Assembly: GCA_035221665.1 (NCBI GenBank)
Contig: CM069155.1
Span: forward strand, 40,734,001-40,798,000
Reading direction: 5' to 3'
Source: Okamejei kenojei
Taxonomy: Eukaryota
DNA: 64,000 nucleotides
Made by a program: the position numbers and the translations under genes
Shown: in pieces, positions 10,508 through 23,689 of the stretch
Numbering within the stretch: position 1 is the stretch's first letter
How the letters are laid out: the number at the start of each line of letters is the position of its first letter
The notes under the pieces: model-generated
What the model saw: the letters and a program-made list of their open reading frames with translations, nothing else
Told to the model about the DNA's origin: nothing
Databases searched by the model: none

Positions 10508-11796
10508 TGAGTCTATGGACTGGGGCACTCAGGCAGACAAAGAACTTGTGATTGATTTTTAAAATCCAGTTTCTCATGATGTTGGCCAAGTTGGCAAACC
10601 AAACATTTATTATTCACCTTGAACACTTTCAGAAGTCTGGGAGCGCTCCAGCTGACACCGTGCAGAGAAGCCACTGCCTCACGGCGCCAGACACCCAGGT
10701 TTGATCCTGACCTTGCGTGCTGCCTGTGCGAAGTTCACACATTCTACCAGTGACCGTGTGGGTTTCCATTAGAACACAGAAAATACAGCACAGGAGCCGG
10801 CCCTTCGGCCCACAATGCTTGTGCCATGATAGGGCATCTTAAAGGCAGCACTTACTCAATATGATCCTGGTAGACAAAAATGCTGGAGAAACTCAGCGGG
10901 TGAGCCAGCATCTGCAGTTCTTTCTTAAAAAATATGATCCTGGAATCAGCTGTGGAACAGGGTGTTTGAGGCGAGAGTTTCGGGCGTTGAGTGAAGTCGA
11001 CGTAAAGAGCAGAGAACAGCTCGGGTGGTTGGAGAGGAGATCACGAGCCTGGAGGTTGATTACGATTAAGATCAGGATTCAGCCCCTGAGCACAATGAGC
11101 ACAGCACAGAATGTTCTGGAGGAGCCACAGAGCCAATACAAATCCTGTGAAGTTAATGGAAGGGAAGATTAAAATGTGCACGCATTGGGCCTGCAGCCTG
11201 TTCAGCCAGGAGTCAGGCAAAGCTGTTGAACAATCAAGCCTCCATCTGGTTCAGATCTGGTACAACATTACATTTGCCACTGGCTCATCGCGGTTGGTGA
11301 ACAGACGTAAAAGGCAACAGATGCTGGGAAAACAAAGTTTAAATAAAACAGGAACATTCTGGAAGCACTTAGCAGGTCAGGCAACATTTGTGGAGATGGG
11401 TCATTGATCTGAACCATGCTCTCTATTTCTCTCTCCAAAGATGCTGCCTGGCAGACACAGATTAACTGAAACCGGGTTCATCTGCTGCCAGGATGGTTTA
11501 GTGTTCTGTCATTCATTTACAACAGCTGAGATTAGTTATGGCTTCATCATACTGCAGGCAGAACAAAGAAAGCGCTGGAGGAACTCAGTGGGTCAGGCAG
11601 CATCCGTGGGGGGAATTGCCCGTGGGGGGATGTTTTGGGTCGAAACCCTGCATCAGGAGAGATTTGCCAGTGTTTATTCTCCAGATTCCAGCATCTGCTG
11701 CGCCTTGTGTCTCCACACAACAGGGCGGGTGCGGTTAAGGGGCACTTCTCAGGAAAGTTACCCAGCAAATGTGGGCCGCTGGTCCACACTTCGGAC

Positions 11797-12337
11797 CGGC
11801 ACGGTGGCGGAGCGGCAGAGTTCCTACCTTTAAGGGCCTGTCCCACTTGGCGATGTTTTCGGTGACTGCCACCGTCATTGACTGACGTATCAGGTCGCCA
11901 AAAGATTTTGAACATTTCAAAATCCTGCAGTGACAAAAAAAATGTTGCGACACTTGAGGAGACACCGCGCGTCAATACGTCGTCACGCCACGTCACCACC
12001 GCGGCTTTTTCAGTGACCTGATACGTCAGTCAATGATGCCGACAGTCGCCGAAAAACTCGCCAAGTGGGACAGGCCCTTTACAGCACCGGTGACACGGGT
12101 TTGATCCTGAATACGGCTGACGTCTGTACGAAGTTTGTACGTTCTCACTGTGACCGCGTGAGTTTTCTCCAGGTGCTCTGGTTTCTCCCACACTCCAAAG
12201 ATGTATGGGTTTGTAGGCTTTGGTAAAAATTGTAAATTGTCCAGAGTGTGCAGAATAGCGCTAGTATACGGGTGATCGCTGGTCGGCGTGGACACGGTGG
12301 GCTGTAGGGCTTGTTTCCACGCTCTATCTCTAAACTA
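11797..12337 (+). mobile_element. HE1-like SINE interrupted by Harbinger MITE
   Basis: ggcacggtggcggagcggcagag…gggtttgatcctga…gtttgtacgttctc…ctatctctaaacta. Confidence 0.8.
11833..12078. mobile_element. PIF/Harbinger-type MITE (246 bp, long TIRs, TTA TSD)
   Basis: TTA|AGGGCCTGTCCCACTTGGCGA…TCGCCAAGTGGGACAGGCCCT|TTA; TIRs extend ~75 bp; inserted in a tRNA-SINE head. Confidence 0.88.
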
Positions 12338-14056
12338 CAGAAGGCAAGTTGGGCAAGGTGATAGTTGGGAGGTTGTGGCAAGGTGAAGCTGGGTGTGCTC
12401 AACATCAGCTGGCAAAGGACACAGGTGCCAGGGTACTGCCCTCACATAGAGGGGAAGTGCCCAGGGTGGGGCAAGACCCCGGGGACAATGGTGCGGGCAC
12501 AGGATGGGCAGCATCGCCACTCACTCCTGGGGACGGGTTTGATCACTCTCCTGTGCCAGGGCCAGGTCGGGACTTCCAGCCTCTCCGTGACGCTGTTGGG
12601 ACCAACATATGAACCTTCCCCTGGCCACCTCCTTCAGAAAGCAACCATCTCCACCGTGAAACACTGCAGACGAATCACGTAACCCACTGACTGGCCAAAT
12701 GGAAAGATTTAGCAAGAACAAATTAAAAATAGTTTCTCACAGCACAGAACAACAATGAACAGGCACATTAGAATGTGTTGAAAACAGTTTGAGTCTGTTC
12801 CACTGTCAGAAATGTTCAACCTTCTGCTGGTTTATATTAGCTGCTGGGCATTTGTCTACTCAATCAATCTTCCTCAGCTGCTAATATTTCACTGCATCTC
12901 CTGCTTTCCTTTCAGCCATGCATTATTCAGGAAGAATCTCGGTGCTGTTGCAATAATTTGGCAAGTACATTGGTTGTCACACATGGCGTTGTGGGCTGTA
13001 TTTCACAGTCCAATATAAAGTGAAAAGGCTTCACTGGTATCGCTGGTAATAAAGTGTAATGTCTTGCTTTGACCTGAGCCACTGCTCCTCGCCTGGGTAA
13101 GTCTCACACATTGCAGAATTAGCTGCAAGATTAAAGTGGCATAGGTGACGTGTTTGAAGAACTGTCCGTCCCCAGGGATCTGTTGAGATTGTATTTCTGC
13201 CAGTAATATTTACACTGCAAAAGTATTGAAGTCAAGTCTCTGATTCACCGTGTCATTTAGCTGTTGACAACCCGAGCAAAACTACTGCTGGTGTACAATT
13301 CTACGTTCACCCTCGATGTCCCGGTTGCCAGTGGATTATGACACGTCTTAGCCGTTCCCCTCATTTCACCTCCAATGCCTTAACCCGAGGGCACAATTGA
13401 AGCTGAGTATCCTTACCTCAGAAAAGATGTAAAAAGCTGGAGTAACTCAGCGGGTCAGACAGCATGTCTCACACTGTCTCGGAGCAAGGATCATGTGCAG
13501 AGAGTTTGGAGCAATCAGGTTGGTGTTCTATGGAGTGAAGAATGAGTGTGGATGTTATTGAAACGTAAAGTTCTGATAGTTGGATAGAGGTAGGATCTTC
13601 TCTGTAGCAAGAGGTGGAGAATATCTAGAAGCAGGAGACTGGCTCAGAATATGGGGCAAAATATTTAGAACTGGGGAGAGGAGAAATAGCTTCAGTCAGA
13701 AGATGGTGAATCAACATATTTATGGAAATAATTATTTATGGGGGAGAACAGGAATATAGTTTTGAGAGAGAGGATAGGCTTTGCTCGTATTGAATGGGAC
13801 GGCAGACTGGAAGGGCTGAATGGCCTACTCGTGGATATTTTCTGTGCCTGACCATCAATGATGAAATGGGAAGGGTCACGGACAGTGTTGTCAGGTGCGG
13901 TGTGCTGACCAACAACAGTAGGTTGGTTGCACACGGGCCACCTCGCTTCAAACGTGGACATGAGAGGAAAGCTGAGAAGTCACTGCCTTATCTTCAAAGA
14001 CCATTGTTGAGTTTGAAGTCAGTGGTGAATCGAGGGAAAACACTTTGTGGCAAGTC

Positions 14057-14425
14057 ATAGAAACATAGAAAATAGGTGCAGGAGTAGGCCACTCGGCCCT
14101 TCCAGCCTGCACTGCCATTCAATATGATCATGGCTGATATATCCAACTCAGTGTCCTGTACCAGCCTTCTCTCCATACCCCATGATCCCTCTAACCACAA
14201 GGGCCACATCTAACTCCCTCTTAAATATAGCCAATGAACTGGCCTCAACTACCTTCTGTGGCAGAGAATTCCAGAGACTCACCACTCTCTATGTGAAAAA
14301 TATTTTTCTCATCTCGGTCCTAAAATACTTCCCCCTTATCCTTAAATTGTGACCCCTTGTTCTGGCAGTAATTGTGAACAATCTTCCTGCATCTATCCTG
14401 TCCAACCCCATAAGAATTTTGTAAG
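14057..14425 (-). mobile_element. CR1 3' end
   Basis: catagaaacatagaaaataggtgcaggagtaggcc… typical CR1 3' UTR and tail on the minus strand. Confidence 0.85.
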
Positions 14426-15181
14426 GTCAATAATCCTCTCTGGCTAAACCCCTCTCTTCACCATGTGAGGGATAAAGTGATTAAACCCCATTAAAGTAAG
14501 GAGTTTTAAAGAGAATCCGAACTGAGAGGGGCTGGAGAGAGGATTCTGACACAGCTGTGTCTGAAGGTTGCCAGACCCATCCTTGAGTCCTTGAGTAAGA
14601 AGTAATAGCATTGTATAGCAGTAGAAGGGAGTGATGTAGAGAGATCCATATCAGTGGAAGGGAGTGATAGATGGGACCCTTGTCACTATAGCTTAGCTTT
14701 AGTACTGATATAGGAGAACTGAGAGGGTTCACTAGGAGGTGAGTAAAACTAGGGTAGGTCATGAGCAACTGAGCATGCTTAATAGAATAAATGAATATTA
14801 CAACACACCCCTGGTCAAGAAACTGCTCATTACCATGAACATGTTTGAACATGCGATGTATGATATGGGAGGTGCGAGGGGATGTACGGTGGGATGTACC
14901 TACAGATTGTGCACCTCAGACCCTGATTGGAGAAGGGTCCAGAGGGGAGGTTGAATGTAAAATTCTGTGTATAAAGGGGAATGACTTCTTTGGCTTCGGT
15001 GTGTCTCGATTTGGAGAGGCACCCGGGTCTGCAGAGTCGAGAGGAATAAAGAACTCTTGCTTCCAAGATTTAGTCTTTGAGCATTAATTGTGAGCACAAA
15101 GCGTATCTCACAACCACCTCCAGTTTAAATTCCAGTTGGAATATTTTGGAGGACCAAGTAACCAAGAACCAACCAAGAACC
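14426..15181 (+). mobile_element. Short LINE 3'-end fragment with (AACCAAG)n tail, split by the solo LTR and itself inserted in a CR1
   Basis: Sequence on both sides of the LTR rejoins; tail aagtaaccaagaaccaaccaagaacc; host CR1 text 'aattttgtaag|tttctataagat' resumes at ~15185. Confidence 0.55.
14464..15112 (+). mobile_element. Solo LTR (649 bp) of an LTR retroelement/ERV
   Basis: Termini TGTGAG…CTCACA; 4-bp TSD acca (14460-14463 / 15113-15116); TATAAA 14970-14975; AATAAA 15045-15050; reverse CCAAT (gattgg) ~14925. Confidence 0.8.
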
Positions 15182-16786
15182 AAGTTTCTATAAGATACAC
15201 AGCACAAAGAAATGTGTTTGTGGCTGTACCTCAGCGCCTGGTCATCAGTGCGTGAGTTGCCAGGGCAGGTCCTGCCATGTCCAATGTGTCTACAATAACC
15301 TGCCCCCCAACCAGCCAGAAGTTGCATATTTTCCTCACAGTCGAGCTGATTCAATTCTGTTTACAACTCGGATAATAAAAAGCCCTGGTCAATATTGAAG
15401 CTTGGCACAGTATCAGATAACAATATTCACGCCATTGCAGTGCTCAAAAATATATAATTTTATAAATTATACAATGAAGTATTCTCAGCAGGAGAACCAT
15501 GTCATATCATCAATACCCCGCGATAGAGCAGTAATTGTGATCATTGGCGCCCTTTCATTGTTAATATCACGTTTACCTGCTCAACACGAGCTCTCCTTTG
15601 TACAGCTGAGTACAAATCACTGACAAAAGAATGTAATTTAGATTTTATCTAAAATGTATTTCTAGTGGGGCCCATGGGTGTGAGGAAGACTGTGCAATTC
15701 ATGCATTAAATGATTCTTAATGCACTGCAATCAATACCAAACAATCAGTTTGCAGAATCTCAAAATCTGATGTCCAAATTGTGGATAGCTCTGTTTTCCC
15801 TGTTCAATGACATTGTTGTCGGTGGAAGAACTAATTCTGGCTCTGGGGCAGAGTCAGCCTCTGCCTTTGGTGTCTTTTAATTCTGTCTGAGACTGATGTG
15901 ATGAAACAAAGTGATGTGATGGTGGGAGAGTGGTTCGCTCAGTCTCAGTCCTATCCTAACAGGAAGAATCTCACAGCAACAGCAAAGGCAAAATAATTGG
16001 CAAAAAAAAAGCAAAGGGATGATTGGGGCCATGAGAGGAAATAGATGTAGACATGAAGATTTGCAAACTGACAAGGCAGGGACTGGAGCAGAGACGAACT
16101 GGCAAACCTTTTCAAACTTTGTACAAAGATGTCTTTCTCTGCTGTAAGGTTCTATAATCCTGCAGTAATTGGCAACGTAATTTAGAACTAAATGTGAACT
16201 TGATATAAAATAGCTAAGCCCTTTCGAGCCAGAGTTTTACTCTACAGCTGAATATGTCAGTGTTAATCTGGAAGTACTAATGCAAACACAAAAGCAAAAA
16301 TATTACAGATGCTGAATGAAAATAGGAAATGCTGGCAATACCGTGCAGTCAACTAGAGTTAAGGAGAGGGAAGCTGATCAAGGACTGGCTCAGGATCCAG
16401 GACCTGGTGAAAGTTGCAGATTAAGCAAACTCTGTGTGTGAGGAAGTGGGAAATGGCAAGGATAGAAGGTAGGAGAGACGATGGCAATACAGGATGAGAA
16501 CAGGACAAGTTGAAAGACAAAGAAAAGTACAGAGGATGTGAAAGTGGAAGAAGTCAAATTATTGTCGAAAATTAGTAACAGAAATTGCTGTAGATAGTTG
16601 TTGAAAATGCTGAATCCAAAACTATTGAACTCAATATGGAGTCAAGAAAAGATGCATCGAAGGTGGACACAAAAAGCTGGAGTAACTCAGTGGGACAGGC
16701 AGCAGCTCTGGAAAGAAGGAATTGGTGATGTTGCGGGCTGAGACCCTTCTTCAGACTGGTTAGGCATAAGGGAAACGAGAGATATA

Positions 16787-18395
16787 CAGTGGCTTGCAAA
16801 AGTTTTCATACCCCTTGAACTTTTCCACATTTCGTCACGTTACAACCACAAACGTAAATGTATTTTATTGGGATTTTATGTGATAGACCAACACAAAGTG
16901 GCGCATAATTGTGAAGTGGAAGGAAAATTATATATGGTTTTCAAATTTTTTTACAAATAAAAAATTGAAAAGTGTGGCGTGCAAAAGTATTCAGCCCCCT
17001 TTACTCTGATACCCTTAAATAAAATCGAGTGCAACCAATTGCCTTCAGAAGTCACCTAATTAGTAAATAGAGTCCACTTGTGTGTAATCTAATCTCAGTA
17101 TAAATACAGCTGTTCTGTGAAGGCCTCAGAGGTTTGTTAGAGAACAATTAGTGAACAAAACAAGCATCATGAAGCCCAAGGAACACACCAGACAGGTCAG
17201 GGATAAAGTTGTGGAGAAGTTTAAAGCAGGGTTAGGTTATAAAAAAATATCCCAAGCTTTGAACATCTCACGGAGCACTGTTCAATCCATCATCCGAAGA
17301 TGGAAAGAGTATGGCACAACTGCAAACCTACCAAGACATGGCCGTCCACCTAAACTGACAGGCCGGGCAAGGAGAGCATTGATCAGAGAAGCAGCCAAGA
17401 GGTCCATGGTAACTCTGGAGAAGCTGCAAAAAATCCACAGCTCAGGTGGGAGAATCTGTCCACAGGACAACTATTAGTCGTGCACTCCAAATATCAGGCC
17501 TTTATGGAAGAGTGGCAAGAAGAAAGCCATTGTTGAAACAAAGCCATAAGAAGTCCAGTTTGCCACAAGCCATGTGTGGGACAGAGCAAACATGTGGAGG
17601 AAGGTGCTATGGTCTGATGAGACCAAAACTGAAGTTTTTGGCAAAACGTTGTGTGGTGGAAAACTAACACTGCACATCACCCTGAACACACCATCCCCAC
17701 TGTGAAACATGGTGGTGAGGGGGAAACATCATGCTGAGGGGATGCTTTTCTTCAGCAGGGACAGGGAAGCTGGTCAGAATTTGATGGGAAGATGGATGGA
17801 GCCAAATACAGGGCAATCTTGGATGAAAACCAGTTGGAGTCTGCAAAAGACTTAAGACTGGGGCAGAGGTTCACCTTCCAGCAGGACAACGACCCTAAAC
17901 ATACAGCCAGAGCTACAATGGAATGGTTTAGATCAAAGCATATTCATGTGTTAGAATGGCCCAGTCAAAGTCCAGACCTAAATCCAATTGAGAATCTCTG
18001 GCAAAACTTGAACATTGCTGTTCACAGACACTCTCCATCCAATCTGACTGAGCTTGAGCTATTTTGCAAAGAAGAATGGGCAAGAATTTCAGTCTCTAGA
18101 TGTGCAAAGCTGGTAGAGACATACCCCAAAAGACTTGCAGCTGTAATTGCAGCGAAAGATGGTTCTACAAAGTATTGACTCAGGGGGGCAGAATACTTTT
18201 GCACGCCACACTTTTCAGTTTTTATTTGTAATACAATTTGGAAATCATGTATAATTTTCATTCCACTTCACAATTATGCACCACTTTTTGTTGGTCTATC
18301 ACATAAAATCCCAATAAAATACATTTACGTTTGTGGTTGTAACGTGACAAAATGTGGAAAAGTTCAAGGGGTATGAAAACTTTTGCAAGCCACTG
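16787..18395 (+). mobile_element. Tc1/mariner (Tc1, DD34E) DNA transposon, full length, IR/DR-type ~210-bp TIRs, TA TSD
   Basis: TA|CAGTGGCTTGCAAAAGTTTTCATACCCCTTGAAC … GTTCAAGGGGTATGAAAACTTTTGCAAGCCACTG|TA; inner repeat gcaaaagtattcagcccc ~16981; inserted into a Penelope tail. Confidence 0.96.
17169..18178 (+). pseudogene. Tc1 transposase, frameshifted
   Basis: MKPKEHT…GYKKIS…GRPPKLT (HTH), WSDETK, FQQDNDPKHT, WPSQSPDLNPIENLW, …GSTKY*. Indels near 17427, 17560, 17650, 17720 and 17780 break the frame. Confidence 0.93.
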
Positions 18396-20434
18396 TAGGT
18401 AATGATGTGGAGAGAGTCTATCTTTGGTTTAAACCAGCATCTGCAGTTCCTTCTTACACAAAGATGCATAGAAGATTTATGAGGTTGTGTAGACTAGGAC
18501 TTTATTCCTTGGAGCGCAGGAAACTGAGTGGTATAAAATCATGAGGGGAATAGAGAGGGTGGATACAGACTCTTTTACCCAGGGTCGGGGAATCAAGTAT
18601 AAGAGGACATAGATTTAAGGTGAGGTGAAAGTTTCAATAGGGGGGGGAGAAATGCTTAAAATGCTGGAATAGCTCAGTGGATCAGGCAGCATCTCTGGAG
18701 AATGTGGATAGGTAGGACATAATTTTGGGTTGCAACCTTTTTTCAGACAGATTGTGGGGTTGAGAGCTGAAAGAGGGAGGGACTGGACAAAGTCTGATAT
18801 GTGGGTGTAGGCCAGGAGGATGTTTGATTGGCAGATGGTTGGACAAAGGCCAGAGATGAAAAGAAAACGTGTGAGATAGGTGGACGGGTCAGGATGGAAA
18901 ATGTGCCTGTGGGAAATATGCTCTAGGAGTGACGTCATTGTGATTGTGTGGAAGTTAAAGAGAGGAAAACCAGGCGGGGTCGACTGGTTTGCGGAAGAAG
19001 AGTGAAGCAGAAAGGGAATATTTGAGGAAGAAAAACATACGAGAAACATATTGAATATTTGAGAACACAAATGTTTGAAAAAAGCCATTACTTTTCTTAA
19101 AGGTTTTGCTCATCCTGTTGCACCAGTCAGCTGGAAAAATTTAAAATGGTTCCGAGCTGAATAAAAATGGATCTTTAGGAAAGTCTTGGCTGTTCGGTAA
19201 CCTGCCATACATTATTGGAAAGGTTATTTAAAAAGTAAAACTGAACAGGAAGGTAATGGGAAGTGTGTGTCAAAAAATGTTGGAAATGTTGGAGTGCTGG
19301 CCTCTCATGTTGCTTCTTGCAGCTTTCCATCTTTGTTCCCAAGTCCAGCATCTGAAGTGTCTTCTGGCTTTCCAATATTTTTTGTCAGTTCCAAAAATTA
19401 ATTATTCCAGACAGGATAGGGAGATTCATGAGCTCTTGCTGTGCAGGGCGAAGAAAACCAAGGATCTTTGAGGAAAACAAGTCCCATTTGTCCAAGCCTG
19501 GCCCATATTCCTTTTAAATGTCATGTCGTTCACACCTCCACCACTTCTTCTGGCAGCTCATTCCATATGCACACCATCCACTATGTGAAAAAGCTGCCCC
19601 TTCGAACCTTTTAATTTTTTTCTGCTCTCACCTTAAAACTCTGCCCTCTGGACTCCCGCACCCTGTGTGGTAAAGTCTGTGGTGATGCACCTCATGATTT
19701 TATATATCACTATACATACACCTCAACCTCCTCTGCTTCAGGGGTAAAAAGCTCTAGCTTATTTAGTATCTCCCTATGAATTAAACCTTCCAGACCAGGT
19801 AACATCCTTAAATCTTTATTTTGCACACTTTTCAGTCTAATTACAACAGAATACTTAAGAGTTTGGTTGGATAGTTTTTATTGATTATTCAGCAACAAGA
19901 GAACATAAACTTCAGAGCATAAATACAAAAATTTGCAGAACCTTTTCTTGTTCCTCCAGTGAGATTTTTAATTTCCATCTTGCAGAGTTTTATACTTTAT
20001 AGCAGAATTACTTAAGGCCTTCAGATACATGTAATCATTTGAATATAATGTTTGATTCATCAAAGGAAAGCTGACATTTTGGGCTGATTGTGCCCACGGT
20101 GTGTTGATGGTTTTTGGGAATTTCCTTCCAGTTCTAGTTTGCACATCAGTGCAATCTGAACTCGCATGTCTGTCTGTGCATTGGAGTGCAGAAATTTGGA
20201 CTGCCAACACTATCAGATGCATCTGATCTCTCACTCTCTTCCTCAACATGCTATCAATTGTTTTAGGAGTATTTTGAGCTATGAGCATATCCTTCACTTC
20301 TGGCCCCTCAGCCTAACTGTGACCATCGTTGTTGCACAGCCCATTGTTGAATGAAGTCTCCGTTCTTCCTCAACAATTTAGGTGAGTTCTTACTCTTTCC
20401 TTAACAGTCATTTCTCTCTTCTTCCCTCTCCCGC

Positions 20435-20830
20435 CAGGCAGATAATATAGAAGCTTGAAAGAACGTACCACCAGATCTGGGAGCAGCTTCTTCCCTTCTG
20501 ATCAGACCACTGAACAGTCCTCAGATACGTTAGGGTGCAGTTCCGATCTTCCAACCTACCTCATTGTGGGCGCTGGACTTCTCTGTCACTGCTGTCAAAC
20601 TATGTCCTGCATTCTGATATTTTTCTCTTTGCTCTACCTGTTGTACTTGTGTATAGCATGATCAGATGTAATGGAACAGCATGCAAAAAAAGCTTTCAAC
20701 TGTACCTTGGAACGTGTAACAATAATAAACCAATAATGTTCCTGTAAAGCTGCAGCAAGTAAGAATGTCATTGTTCGCTCCCAGTGCATATTGCAATTCA
20801 ACATTGTGACTCGCTTGGTCTTGAATAGCA
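20435..20830. mobile_element. Rex1/Babar- or L2-type LINE 3' fragments
   Basis: RTTRSGSSFFP motif, 3' UTR ending aataataaac, followed by a second tail (aatgtcattgttc…ttgaat). Confidence 0.55.
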
Positions 20831-22059
20831 CAAATAGAAATGTAGATGCATCTGATGGATAACACAGAGATCGGGCTGCAAAGTGTCAAGGTTGAAAACT
20901 AAATATGAAAGGTTGCTTACTTTTGGAAGAGGTGATATGAAAGAAGAGGTGTGGTTGCACTGCTTTGAAAGGATGGGTTGAAGGCAGTGGAGAGGAAGGA
21001 CTTAGCTGTAAAATCAATGTGTGTGTGTAGCTAAGAAAAAGTGGCAAATAAACATTCTATAGAGTTGTAGATAGGTTCCTATTCTATGGAAAAGTACGGC
21101 ATGTGTTAACTCAGAATTTAAAAGGTGCATGTGCTAGTTCGATATAATGTAATTAACATGGAGTTAATGCTATACAGAAGGTCAGACCACACTAAATTGT
21201 AATCCACAGTGGAAAAATGAATGCCCTGGAGTGGTATTAAGTCTGTTTAAAAAAAAAAATCAATATGTTGATAGGATGGGTTATTTTAGATCTAATATTA
21301 TGCAAGGAGAAAGGGTAAATAAGATCATCTGGCAGCTTTAGGAGTGTGATTATATATAATATAAAGATTGAAATGATTTAGTTCAAACTGAAACTAAGGT
21401 CTTAAATATCAACAAACCAAACTTCAAAAGCATTAGGTGATGGGTACAATGAGAGGCTCAGATACTAAATTAAGTTTAATGACATGAAACCAGAATGGCC
21501 AACCGTAAAAAAAAAAAAAAGCCATGGATTTTGCAGGTAAATCCAATTTATTTAGGTAAAATACGGGACCCTCACAAAGGAAAAATAGTCCGGTCACTGA
21601 CTAACAAGAGACTGGAGATGATATAGGATCAGCAGGAAAGGCTTCCAACATGAGAAAGTGCCATGAGAATGGTAGCTAAGCCTAAGAATGGAAACGTTTC
21701 GAATCCTGAAGAGAAAAATCAAGATATTGATAAAGGAAAGTACCTCAATAAGTTCCACCCCTACAGTAGCTGCATAAGGAAAAGATTAATTTAAATGTGC
21801 ACCCCTTATGGACCCTGAAGCCTGACATGCAACATGAAATATAATAAGGCAACAGAAAATCTTCCAGAAATAATGAACAAAATAACTAAAACATTTTTTT
21901 TTGTTAAAACCTACACTAGGATTTAGCAGAGGCATTGTGGAGAGGGTAAAAGGCTGTGTTTGCCTTCTTCCAAAATTCTTTGTATCAGGAATGGCTCCTA
22001 TAATTGAGTAGGGAACAAAGTACATTAACAAATTTAAGGGAGAGTATGGAGGGAAAAGT

Positions 22060-23400
22060 AGGGACCACTATAGACCAATTTGCCCTTATCAAAGACGCCT
22101 GGAATTCTAACTAGGAAGTCATAAGGCACTTGCAAAATAACAGACCCCAAGAGCTATCGACCTAAAACCTTTGCCTATTCCGACCTAAAATTGGTTCCCT
22201 CTCTGTTTCTCACCCCAGATGCCGCCCAACTTGCTGTTTCCATCATTATATATTTTAATTACAGAATTACAGCATCTGCAATTTTATTGATCTTCATTTC
22301 GAAAATAGTGAAGGGATTGGGCAGAATCAACATGGACAAGGACAAAATTATTTTGACATATCTATTGGAATTTATTGAAATTGTAGAATAGATGAAGGTG
22401 AGCAAGTTGATGTGATGGAGTTAAAGTCCTTGGTTAAAGTGTCACAAACAATTATTAAACAAAACTGGAACATATGGTACTGGGAGCAATGTATGGGTTG
22501 AGATTGGTTAATGAATAGAGAGTAGCAGGAACAGACATGTTGTTTATTGATTGGGAGATTATGGATGTGGAGCTACCACTGCTTTCCATGCAAGGACACT
22601 GGTTGTTCACAATGTATATCAATGATTTGGAATAATGGAGCGAGTCCAACATATCCAGTTTGCTGATGATAAAAAGCTAGGTGGTTCTGTAAACTGTGAG
22701 ACAGAGAGATGATTCAGTGGCATATAGAAAGGTTAAGGCAAGGACATGTCCCATGGAATATAATATAGAAAAATCTGAAGTTATCCATATCAGTAGAAAA
22801 TATAGAAAAGTGGAATATTTTTTAAATGGTGAAAGACATGGGTCTTTTTGCAAGGGGATTTAAATACAAAAGCAGAGATACCTTGCTTTAATTATTATTG
22901 TGGCCGTACAATATCGCATCTGGTAGATTGATTTATATTAATTTTTTCATGATTTGGCATTGGTGACTGGTCCAGTATCTGTTGCCCATCCTTAGTTATC
23001 CCTGAACAGATGTGCTGTCCCTACATGTAAGAGATTTACACTTGCAAGAGAGGGAGCACAATGAAAGTTCATGCAACGCATTTCTGAGATGTCAGATTTG
23101 TCATATGAGGAGATTAGCAGACTTGTCCTGTACTCTTGCATTTGAAAACAGTGATCTTATTGAAGCATTCAAAAAAATAAGGCCTGAAAGGTAGATGCAG
23201 GGTTGACATTTCCCTGGCTGAGGTGTCCAGATCCAGCATCACGATTCAGTGACATATAAGTTGCTCTTTCAGAAATTAGATTTTTTTTTTAAATTCCTGT
23301 ACCCAAAGGGTGGTGAAATATAAAATTCTCTATATTGGACAGTGGTGGCAGCTCATCTGCTGAAGATGTTTAAAGCTCAAAAGGCTTATAATGTATTCAG
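22060..23400 (+). mobile_element. Old, degraded CR1 RT region
   Basis: Remnants of yrpi(s)l, lleff, 'atatcaatgatttgga…tttgctgatga' (YINDL…FADD) motifs. Confidence 0.6.
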
Positions 23401-23689
23401 GAAACAAATGATTATAGGTCAGAGCAGGTATGTGGTACATGAGTGACCTGGTGGGACCTCACTAAATAGAGTAGGGCCAAAGTTTAAAGAAGATGTGCAG
23501 GGCAAGAACATAAGAGTCGTGGGTGCTTGGAACGAGCTACTATGTAAGAGTGGTGGTGGATGCAAGGAATGGAGTATGGATCACGTATGTGCAGGCAGGT
23601 AAGAAGGGGCCTTGGCATAATATTTGGCATAGACACCGTGGGCTGAAGGGTCTGTACCTGTGCTGTATTGTTCTGTCTACTCTTGTTTC

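Noticed and set aside
11797-11830. tRNA genes at SINE heads
   Set aside because: A/B-box-like sequences continue directly into SINE bodies and do not form a cloverleaf
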